From NCBI GenBank assembly GCA_964016885.1, contig OZ024740.1, forward strand, positions 357,368,001 to 357,432,000: DNA of 64,000 nucleotides, in the 5' to 3' direction. The position numbers were made by a program, and so were the translations under genes. Source of the DNA: Eledone cirrhosa. Its lineage: Eukaryota. Of the stretch, positions 12,086 to 23,185 are shown piece by piece (within the stretch, counting starts at the first letter, position 1; the number at the start of each line of letters is the position of its first letter). The notes under the pieces are model-generated. The model saw only the letters and a program-made list of their open reading frames with translations, was not told where the DNA came from and searched no databases.

Positions 12086-12454
12086 ACTAGCTCTGTAGCT
12101 TACATAGAGCACTCTCCTTTCCTTTACCCTTCCTACGGAAATACTTCATATATATATATAGACAGATAAATCTACCAATCAATGGTAGGGTCTAAACCGT
12201 ATGAAGAACTCAATGTAATCCGTATGTAGATGTCGTGAAGCAAAGTTTAAAATACAAAATTTCCAACGATATAATTCATTGGATATAGAGTCAAAAATAG
12301 AAATATTTTAAACAATGAAATTAAACAAAAAACGGTTAATTCACAGTAAAACTCATTATAATGAGTTTTACTATGAATTAACCGATTTTTGTTTAATTTC
12401 ATTGTTTTAATTTTTATATATATATATATATATATAAAGAGATAGAGAGAGAGC

Positions 12455-12485
<31 letters not shown>

Positions 12486-12594
12486 GAGAATCGGAATTTC
12501 ATTTCTCGCCCTAGCACAGTGTGTACGTATGCATACTTACATATATGTATCAGCTGTGCTAGGGCGAGAAATAAAATTCTAATTTTATTTTTAG

Positions 12595-12870
12595 TTTTCG
12601 GCACGGTCAGCCTATCTCGCTCGGTATGCAAATGAGGCTACTCAGCCGATGTGTTAAGAAAATACTATATATTTTCAACCGTTCAACAGACTGGCAGAGG
12701 TATACAGTCCTGATGAAGGGTAATGACCCAGAAACATGTTACTTGTTCCGCAATGCCAGTATTCAACAAATGGATGACGATTTGTCATCGACACAGAAGA
12801 GTTTCAATCGGGCCGTTTGTTTACAAACGAATCGAATATTATTATCAATATTCGATACAACCCATACGTA
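12595..12870 (+). mobile_element. Diverged copy of the hammerhead-bearing repeat family
   Basis: Shares TTTTCGG, ATGCAAAT, CTCAGCCG, CGTTCAA, GGTATAC, GTTTGTTTACAAAC and CATACGTA landmarks in the same order as the 6745-7210 copy (reverse complement). Confidence 0.7.
12704..12746 (+). ncRNA. Minimal type I hammerhead ribozyme (degenerate stem I)
   Basis: ACAGUC-CUGAUGA-A GGGU AAUG ACCC A-GAAA-CAUG-UU-ACUUGU. Confidence 0.55.
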
Positions 12871-12918
12871 TATATGTATATGTATATATGTGTGTGTGTG
12901 TGTGTGTGTGTGCATACT

Positions 12919-12980
<62 letters not shown>

Positions 12981-13118
12981 CATATATACATACATATATA
13001 CATACATATATACATACATACATACATACATATATATTTATAAATCAATAATAATGAGTTCAAATCTCAGGCGATCATTTACAATGAAATAGCTCGAAGG
13101 AAGATTATTTCTGAGCCG

Positions 13119-13475
13119 TGTAATATAGGTTAACACAAATCAATAAATTTGATAAACACAAATATCCTCATAATTATGTTTGTATTGTAAATGACCAAGT
13201 TAGCTAGATAGAAATATACTAATAATAATAATATTACAGTTTGCCTATCATGACTTAAGATAATACATCATAAATCAACAAAAACAAATTGTATTGGCAA
13301 TACAATTTGTTTTTGTTGATTTATGATGTATTATCTTAAGTCATGATAGGCAAACTGTAATATTATTATTATTAGTATATTTCTATCTAGCTAACTTGGT
13401 CATTTACAATACAAACATAAATATGAGGATATTTGTGTTTATCAAATTTATTGATTTGTGTTAACCTATATTACA
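13119..13475. repeat. Near-perfect palindrome: 178-bp arms, 1-nt spacer
   Basis: Centre GTATTG-G-CAATAC at 13297; one mismatch seen by eye. Confidence 0.95.
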
Positions 13476-13521
13476 TATATATATATGTATATATATATAC
13501 ACACACACATATATATATATA

Positions 13522-13663
<142 letters not shown>

Positions 13664-13675
13664 TATATATATATA

Positions 13676-13724
<49 letters not shown>

Positions 13725-13815
13725 TATATATATATATATATATATGAAGTAATTCCGTCGGAAAAGTCCAGGAAAAAAGAGTGCTTTATGTAGGTAACAG
13801 AGCTTAATAGTTACA

Positions 13816-13860
<45 letters not shown>

Positions 13861-13865
<5 letters not shown>

Positions 13866-14009
13866 AACGAGTAGGACCACGACGGCTGAGCTCAAGCCGT
13901 TTCGACGGCTAATTCTGGACTAAAAAAGAAAAAAAAATTTTTTTTTTTAGTCCAGAATTAGCCGTCGAAACGGCTTGAGCTCAGCCGTCGGGGTCCTACT
14001 CGTTCCTAT
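13861..14009. repeat. Inverted repeat, about 60-bp GC-richer arms around an A-tract/T-tract centre
   Basis: ATAGGAACGAGTAGGACC...CTGGACTAAAAA / TTTTTAGTCCAG...GGTCCTACTCGTTCCTAT. Confidence 0.92.
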
Positions 14010-14085
14010 TACCCACTCTACTACTATAAGTATTGAGTACTTTGGTGGGTTATGGTCCATCTGGTTCCTTACCACATTTCCTTCG

Positions 14086-14194
<109 letters not shown>

Positions 14195-15275
14195 TACATA
14201 TATATAAGAGAGAGAGAAACAGATTTTCCTTCAAGCATATATTTTTAACACGACATTGCTCCAGGTTGGTCATTGTTATTGAAATTTGAAATCGGACGTC
14301 CATGATTTCCTATCACTCATTCTTTACTACAACTGCTAATAGACAAGACTAATAACAACAAAATGTTTAGTCAGTTTCTCTACCGTTTCTAACACTGAAA
14401 GCTGAAAAGTCTCGGAGGAATGTGAATCAAGACTTGGTGGGAGAGAATGTATAATCGTAGATTTATGGCAAAATCTGAAGGATTCAGTTCAACTATCTTC
14501 TATTTTGAAGAATGTATGGATGGCGGATGACAATCCTATTCCTTTAACTTTTTACTTCGTTATACGAGTAGTTTGCATTTTATCGACCGTAAGTCATGGT
14601 GGGTGAATTTAAACGAACCGAAACAGAAGTTGAACTATGAACTATAATGTTCATTATCCTAGAAAGGGATAAAAACAATTAACAACGAAACAAAAGTACA
14701 AACCTAGTGCATTTCGGTGTGATGAAAAAAATGAGGAGTTTCAATACTTCGAGTATAAAGTTCTTTGTCTAGACAAAATAAAAAAAGAAAAAATTAAAAG
14801 AGTTAGGTTTTATGAAATCTTAGATTTTCAAATGAATCAATGTGCATATTATATATAGTTGAGTATAGTACACGATTTTTGATTATTTTTTTACATAGAA
14901 ATAGGGGTTCAAATTATAGATAGGTTTAGAGGATATATTTTTCATGCATTTTTGGTGATTGTAACCATCCTGGTAGGCCTACTATACATTCTCGTAGTAC
15001 CGTTGACTAACTTTCAAAATTAGGAATTTTCAATGGTTTATATTTTCTTATATCAAATTTTCATGCATTTTCGTTTGCACATGTTTACAACGGCACTCTT
15101 TTTTCTTTTTTTTTAATACATATACCATATATAATTCAAATTTGTTCCTTATCCTCTCTTTCTTTGTTTATATTTGTTTTGTTGTTTTTTTTTGCGCTTA
15201 CTGGTATAAATCCTCCCAGTTACATATTATTAAATATTTTGATAAGATGTATCGTAATATACAGGGGAAGATGTT

Positions 15276-15776
15276 TGGTTGCATAGAGTGAAATAATTAC
15301 GGCCTTTTACGTTCTGAGTTCAAATCCCGCCAACGTTAGCTTTGCCTTTCATTCTTACGTGGTCGATAAAATAAAGCACCAGTAATGTACTGGGTCGATT
15401 TAATCGCTTACCCTCCCCCCAAAATTGTTGACCTTGTGTCTAAATCAGAAACCGTTATTTCTAACAATAAAATCAAGGGTCACATTATGCATGAAATAGA
15501 CTTCTACATGAGTATATACGGTAAATATTGATTCGATAGACTGGCTGTTCTAAGCGCTGATTCGGACCAGGTTCTCTTCTATATTGTAACCCTTGGCAGT
15601 ATCAGTAGAGGGTCGGTCGCCATGCTTTGCAGTATAGAGTTACGGCCCTAATGAACTGAGTTCAAATCCCGCCATGGTTAACTTTTTCTTTCATCCTTAC
15701 GGGGTCGATAAAAAATAGCACCAGTAATTCACTGGGATAATTGCTGGCCTTGTGCCAAAAGTAGAAACAATTATTT
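15276..15776 (+). mobile_element. Two SINE family A copies (about 15276-15460 and 15593-15776)
   Basis: Same core and 3' end as 8883-9112. Confidence 0.85.
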
Positions 15777-16635
15777 GTAATTTCTCATTCAGCATTTCTT
15801 TCCGTAGATAGTTGATATTTTTGGATGAGCCAAGGCTGTGACACAGAGGGGTTTTTTTCAACTAATTTTTTCGTTACCAGATTAAATGTGACGTCATGAG
15901 GATATTTTTGCGGATTGAACTTATCTTCCAAATAACAACAACCCCCTGTCACAATTTCCTTGCAACCATAAACTAACAGCTTTTCAAACTAAACTTCAAT
16001 TTCATCACGGGTGGCCTGCTACATCCATGGTCATCATGGGCATTTTCTCTTCTTCCTGACTTAAGCCACAAAAAAAGTATTTGATTGGTACTGATTGTAA
16101 CTATCACTAAGGGGAGGAGTATGAAATGCAATTCGTCTTCGGTGAGATGTGATCTCAGCATTTGTACGGTGCCCTACCTGTTTTTGCCAACTAAACAGTA
16201 AACTCGTCAAAGTAAACGGTAAGACAATTATATAGAAAAGAAGTATTTATTTTCTTTCGACTTTGTCTTTCAGTTGCAATAAATAGCAGGCTTCGGTCCT
16301 AGGGAATGCTTCAGAATATCTTGGACCGGGGTGAGACGGAGTAATATCTAGTGTCAGTAAAATTGTCCAACTAATGATGCTTACTTTTGCCATCAAACAG
16401 CTTATATGTTAAAAACATAAGTGTATGAACGGGTTCCATGAAATGAAGTAGAGAAAAGCATTGGTAACTACTTCATCTCATGATACACACGTATACATCC
16501 GTTTTACTTTGATCTGCCTCTCGTCTTTTTGGTGAAACTGTGGTGACATTAAATAAACGAAATATTCTTGGGTGCGTGCATTATACTATATTCACTCATA
16601 GGCCTAGTAAAAAGCAGTCAATATGAATGAATGAA

Positions 16636-16666
<31 letters not shown>

Positions 16667-17591
16667 ACGATCCCCTTATATTATATTCATCTGATTACTA
16701 GAATAAAATCCATGAAAAGGAATTATATTTTAAAGAGTTTTACGTATGTTACTATTGGATGTTTGTAGAACAAATAACATTAACCAACGACAGGATCGGC
16801 TTAGATTTTCTTACTTTTGGAGTTTATAAATTAGGCGGTAAAGTTATAATGTGGTTGAATCAAAAGACCAAACCCTTTACCCTGACAAAAGAATCTTGCG
16901 TCAACTTAAAAAGGAAATAGAACTTCTGTTTATCAAATTAGGAGAACGGTGGACACTGTTAAATATCTCTGCCCATCCCGTCTGGAGTAGATTTCACTCG
17001 GGATGATATTGTTATCGGTGTTGTTGTTAACCGCCATATCAGCTCTGATAAAAGGCGTCCCAACATACCATTCTTTCTTTTTATTTGTGTTGATGTTTTC
17101 TTGTTGTTTTTTTTTTGGGGGGGGGGGGGGATTACAGTCTCTCCAAAATCTATTTTCTACGTTTTTTTTATTTCAAAATGTGATGTGATTTTAGGGAGAT
17201 TTGGCTAATCTTAGCAGATCAAGAGAAAGTATGCCTCTCATTATTGTTGTTGTTATCGTTTCTCTTGAAGATGATGTTGATGATAAATGATAATGATGAT
17301 GATGATGTTTAGTCATATAATTGCCAACGTTTTGAAAAAATATTTCGTTGCTATTTCCAGCATATCAATTGACCATGCAGCGGCAGCTTCTGTTGGTAAC
17401 ACAAAAGAAAATATCTAGAAAAAGTGATTGGATGTAAAATAGATCCAAATAAATTGATTATATAGAAGGGAATAGTTTGAGTAAGATATATATAATATAT
17501 TTTCTAAGTAGAAAGGTGGCAGTGACTTCGAAGTTTCTCCTTAGTCGCTTCGTCTAGATGCCACTCAAATGTTTAAATACGATGGTATTAT

Positions 17592-17680
<89 letters not shown>

Positions 17681-17874
17681 CACACACACACACACACACA
17701 TACACATATATATATATAAATAAATTTTGAGTATGTATTGGTTGTTTACCGACACCTCAGTATGCAGTAGCAGCACTCAACGAAGTGCGCAGGTTGGTTT
17801 GTTCACTCCGGAGTAACGTAAAATAATAAATGAAAGTCAAACATGTTAAAGTTGCCTTCGTTTATTCCAATTCG

Positions 17875-17927
17875 CTGCTATACATATTTCAGTGACAGCC
17901 ATTATTGGCTGTGACCTCATCAGGCAG
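17875..17927 (-). ncRNA. Type I hammerhead ribozyme-like motif with long stem II
   Basis: Minus strand reads CUGC-CUGAUGA-G GUCACAGCCA AUAA UGGCUGUCAC U-GAA-AUAUGUAU-A-GCAG. Confidence 0.55.
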
Positions 17928-18074
17928 TAAGAATTAAGGCAGAAAGAACAGGAAAACATGATGTTGTAATGGGTTCTACCCTGTTAATTCATCGATATGT
18001 CCAGCTCCTGGTATGTTGTTAGTCCTCAAAGGAACTGGATTCATATATAATAATAAAAACATTTTTAAAAATTA

Positions 18075-18425
18075 AATAATAATAATTGTTTCTACTTTTT
18101 GGCACAAGGCCAGCAATTACCCAGTATATTACTGGTACTTTATTTTATCGACCCCGTAAGGATGAAAGGCAAAGTCAACCTCGGCGGGATTTGAACTCAG
18201 ACCGTAAAGGGACGTAACTATGCTGGAAAGTATGGCGCCAGACTCTCTACCAATACTGCCAATCTAATAATAATAATAATAATTGTTTCTACGTTAGGCA
18301 CAAGGCCAGCAATTACACCAGTGTATTACTGGTACTTTATTTTATCGACCCCGTAAGGATGAAAGGCAAAGTCAACCTCGGCGGGATTTGAACTCAGATC
18401 GTAAAGGGACGTAACTATGCTGGAA
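18075..18425 (-). mobile_element. Tandem pair of SINE family A copies
   Basis: Reverse complement of the family A consensus twice, separated by an (AAT)n tail. Confidence 0.88.
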
Positions 18426-18488
18426 ATAATAATAATAATAAACAAGAATGACGGTTTCATTTGTACATCCCTATTTATTTTGATATAC

Positions 18489-18567
<79 letters not shown>

Positions 18568-18756
18568 GGAAAAATTTGAACAGGGACAAAACAGAGAGGC
18601 AGTACAACGAATGTTTATTAATTTCACGCTCTGGAGAGTGGGGTGTTGGTGATATGTGTGTGTGTGTGTGTGTGTACCCTCCTCCATTTCCTCCAAGCGT
18701 GAACCTAATATAACTGGGTATTTTTGCATTCTTGTGTTTGTTTTGTTTCCTTTATT

Positions 18757-18866
<110 letters not shown>

Positions 18867-20712
18867 GTTGAACAATGAAAACAAAAGACGAAGATTAATG
18901 TTTAATCAGTTCATTATTTTAAGATCGATCCAGTGTTCCAAAGAGCTATTGTTATACTCCAAGGGAAATATGTTACAGATCAGCTAAGATTATAGTAGAA
19001 ACTATACAATATATATATGGTATGAAATTATCTTAATACAAATGGATAAAATTGTTGTTGTTGTTATTTAGCTCATATCACCCTTGGTTGGGAAGATCTA
19101 TGGTCAAAGGCGTATCAGCCATGACTTAACCCCTTTTTTTTATATTTTTTATCCCACGACTACATTATTATGACTAATACAGACCAGCCAACCTCTAAAA
19201 ACCCAAACGGGGAGTACCATGAAAAAAGTGATCTCAAACGAGGAGAAATGAGACAAAATGGGGAGATTTTACACAATGAAAGCTATACCCATTTTTACAA
19301 GAGAAGACATCTCTCACCCACCCCAAAGTGGGTGCGAGATCTCCCCGTCGGATGGGGAGAGTTGGCAAATCTGCTAATATACAGTATTCCTTTTATAAGA
19401 TGGTAGGGTGTTTGTAATGGCTGCAAATATGAGCAAGGGACGTATATTTTGTTGACTTGAATAGCTAAGTTTAATTCCTTTTTTGGATCTGGAATAGACA
19501 ACGGGAAGACGAGGCACTCCCGAAAACTCATCAATGAGTTCAATGTCCACGCGACATCTTCAACGGCATAAAGCAGTAGAAAGCAAAAAACAACAAATAA
19601 CAATTACAAAAACAATCCTGTGACTGTAAAAATAGAATTGCAATGTGAAGTAACAGCCCATAAAAAAAATAGACAAGCAGTGTTTGTTGGAACGGAAGTT
19701 ATATTAATAATATTTCACCGGAAATACATTTACAAACTTCTAATATACCTCATTCTGCCTGATTAAACAGGTGAAACTCCAGAAAAAATAAAAAAGCAAA
19801 GAAAAGAAATAAGGTAATAGAATACAAAAGCCCACCTTGAACTGCATTCTATCAAGGATCTATTCAAGCAATATTAATATAGTACCATGTTCCCATAATT
19901 CCTGTTCTGATGCTAGCCATGGCACAGACATGGATTTACTTTTGTTTAATCATAGTAGGAAGAAATACAAAAACAAAAAATATCTAGCCTTCTCACTGAC
20001 CACCCAGGCTGTTTTCCTTTTAACATCATTGATATTTTTCAAACCATTACAAAATTAACTCTTTCTCAATGTCACTCGCTCACGTGTCATGTGGTTGCTT
20101 CATACCCATAAGGTTGGACTGCCGTTGTACTGGAAAGCAGATGCCTCCACTATAAACATGTGCACGCACACACATACACACACGGATACACACACACACA
20201 CACACACACATGTACGCATGCAAAGAGATATACTAGTAATGGCAAATACAAAGAAAAACACTACCATCAACAACATAACAATTGGATTTGAACAAGTATC
20301 ATACAAATTAGTAGTCAAATATGTATATATATGTATATATATATATATATATATTTCAAAATATTAATAAATATAGACATTCATGTGATCAAATATATTT
20401 TTTTATGTATATTTCAGAGGTACTGTGCTGTTTCCTCAGTACGTCCTCATCAGATAAAATAAATTGATGTTTGACATACCTCAACTGTGCTGATGGTTCA
20501 ATTCCAGTCTTGGCAGTAAACTCCAGAAAACTTAGCTGTTGAGTGCTTTTAATCTATTGAAAAACTATATTCATTGATTAATTAATGAACCTTGTTTAAC
20601 TTTTGGTTATATATATATATATATATAATTTCTCGAGTTCTCTTAAATATCTATGATGATATTCGGGTTTCGTAGGCGATTACATAACTGTATTAAAAAA
20701 ACATGTTAGAGA

Positions 20713-20776
<64 letters not shown>

Positions 20777-21533
20777 ATTAGATTAATTAATAGGTATTAT
20801 TAAACTTATAAGCTCTAATTTTATTCCTATATTTTTTAGTCTATATACGTATGTGTGTATGTGTGTGGCGAAGAAATACCTATGATAGCTAGTAGACTAC
20901 TGATGATGTATAGTCCTGGCTTCTATTTCTAATTCTTCCTTTTAATTTGTATATCACATTTGCAACAACACAGCAAGCCATTTTTCATTCCTATATGCTT
21001 TCCCCTTCGCTGTGACCTGTCTTTTTCTCTTCCCTTACTGCTATCCTCTTTCTCTCTCCCCCTCCTCTCTCCTTCTCCCTCTTACTTTCATTCACCCCCT
21101 CTGCTAGTCACCCTCTCTCGGCTAGCCTCTTCCTCACAATTCCACTCACTCACTCTCTGCTACACACCCTCTCTCTCACTTCCTCCATCGTCCCACACCG
21201 TGCGAAATTCTTTCCTCGCTTACTTTTCGCACGGTTAAGATGTGTCTTTCGTCTTCTCGTCAATGTTCGCAAGTTCTTATGTTCAAGTGAATCATTGACT
21301 TGATTTTCTCATTTTTTCCCCTCTTTACGTTGCCTCACCATTCGTGTTTGTTTACCTGTCTCTCCTTCTCCACCCAATTCTTTTTATCCCAATAACTTAT
21401 TTTAGTTATTATTCGCGCTAGCCTGAGGTATCTGGTCTTTAATGTGAAGAAATACCTATGATGGCTAGTAGACCACTGATGATGGATAGTCCTGGCTTCT
21501 ATTTCTAATTTTTCATTTTAATTTATATATACG

Positions 21534-21625
<92 letters not shown>

Positions 21626-21999
21626 CGCGCGTGTGTGTGTAATAGGGATGTATATGAAAGCATATACTATTTATATACAATAAATTTATGAGATTCTCGC
21701 TATCAAAAAAAAAATGCTGCAAAAGACAGCGATGGGCAAAAATCCCTCAGAGAACAGAGACCAGCAGCCAGTGGTCAACAGAGAGATAATCCACAAGGTG
21801 GGTGACAGGCAGATGAAATATAGAAAAGATTGAAAGAGGAGGAGGTCAAGGAGAAGTGTGTTGGCGCACAGAAGTGACCGGAAGAGGAAATAAAGAAAGA
21901 CGATGTACAAGACAAGTTTACACACACACATCTTCACCCTCATCAGCTCTCAAACCACCATTTCGCTGTTTTAAAGGATTTCTAGCAATGAGTTTTCTC

Positions 22000-22051
<52 letters not shown>

Positions 22052-22212
22052 GTTTGAATTTGTAAAGCCAAAACAATGCAGGTATGGACATAGAATAAAA
22101 AATGCAAATTTTTGCATTTTTTATTCTATATCCATACCTGCAATGTTTTGGCTTTACAAATTCAAACGTTTATACCTTATTACACAATGCTTCAAGTGAA
22201 CTATAACGTCCT

Positions 22213-22301
<89 letters not shown>

Positions 22302-22539
22302 GTGGTAACACAACAGTTAGTTCACCATACCGAGAATAATTGTTTCACCTTAGCGGATCTTCAACTTGGACTGGTCATGGTTATACGGAATAGGAAGAAT
22401 AACTGCATGAACGCGCATGCACATAAACGGTCACTTCACCCAAGCGATACAATGCCACGGGCGAAAGGTGTAAGGGAGATAACTGCGAAAGTCCGAAAGG
22501 TAGTTCGAGTTGATAAGAAAATTAGAATGTTGTTGTTAT

Positions 22540-22842
22540 TCAATCCGGAGCTTTGTAGTTATGTAAGAGGTATGTCCAGACATGTGAACAACGTGTGAAT
22601 GTTTCATTTCTTAAGTTTAGGCAATCGCTATTGCGTAATCTCCTTAGAATATTTATCCGTTCATCAATACACAGTCCACAAGACGGATTGTACCTTGCGT
22701 ATGGCTTGGACTTAGTGATGGCTTTCCATTGAATAGAGTAGTCTATACTTGAGTCCTTGAAGGACCATACGTGGCTTGCGAGTTTCAGGGATGATCGTTT
22801 GTCCGGGTGCCTAAAAGTCGACTGATGGTTCAGGAAGCGTAT
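22540..22842 (-). mobile_element. Penelope-like element: C-terminal half of the GIY-YIG endonuclease (Naiad-like signature), 5'-truncated; missed by the ORF track
   Basis: 100 open codons plus stop: IRFLNHQSTFRHPDKRSSLKLASHVWSFKDSSIDYSIQWKAITKSKPYARYNPSCGLCIDERINILRRLRNSDCLNLRNETFTRCSHVWTYLLHNYKAPD*, fitting the PLE pattern RxxNHxxxF..LxxxvWxxK..IxW..PY..CxLCxxE..LNxRxE..CxH. Confidence 0.8.
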
Positions 22843-23180
22843 ACCTTCCTGCCAGATGATTGAACGTCTGAAAGTATATACTTTCCTTATGCATATTAAC
22901 GGCTGAGCAGCCTAATTTGCATATCAAGTGAGTTAATCGGCCGGGCGCACCGAAAACGGAAAGTATATACTTTCAGACGTTCAATCATCTGGCAGGATGG
23001 TATACGGTGCTGACGATAGCTAATAAGCTTGAAACTAGTACATCGTTCCTTTGTCAGCGTTGAACAAAAGGGCAACGATGGTTGCTAAACACTGTACGGC
23101 TTAATTCGGGATGTTTGTTTACAAACAAACCCAGCATTATAATAAATGCTCAGTAAATCCATACGTACATATATATATAT
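22838..23180 (+). mobile_element. Hammerhead-bearing repeat, left part, with internal inversion (49-bp inverted arms at 22838-22886 and 22958-23006)
   Basis: Matches 6925-7207; interrupted at its (TA)n by the Gypsy element and continued at 28125. Confidence 0.8.
23004..23046 (+). ncRNA. Minimal type I hammerhead ribozyme, best-preserved copy; predicted cleavage after A23040 (GUA)
   Basis: Stem I ACGGUG/CAUCGU, core CUGACGA, stem II AGCU-AAUA-AGCU, GAAA, palindromic stem III ACUAGU. Confidence 0.72.
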
Positions 23181-23185
23181 GTGTG

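Noticed and set aside
15830-16160. Possible mariner N-terminal relic (W..KSGRRENAHDD..SRP) on the minus strand
   Set aside because: Only one weak motif, with no TIRs or catalytic motifs found.
19180-19374. Possible MITE with CAGA..GCCAAC / GTTGGC..TCTG ends
   Set aside because: TIRs are short and imperfect, and there is no clear TSD.
22340-22385. SECIS-like AUGA..AA..UGAA downstream of the PLE ORF (minus strand)
   Set aside because: The intervening helix pairs poorly and the visible ORF part has no in-frame UGA; left as a check, not a call.
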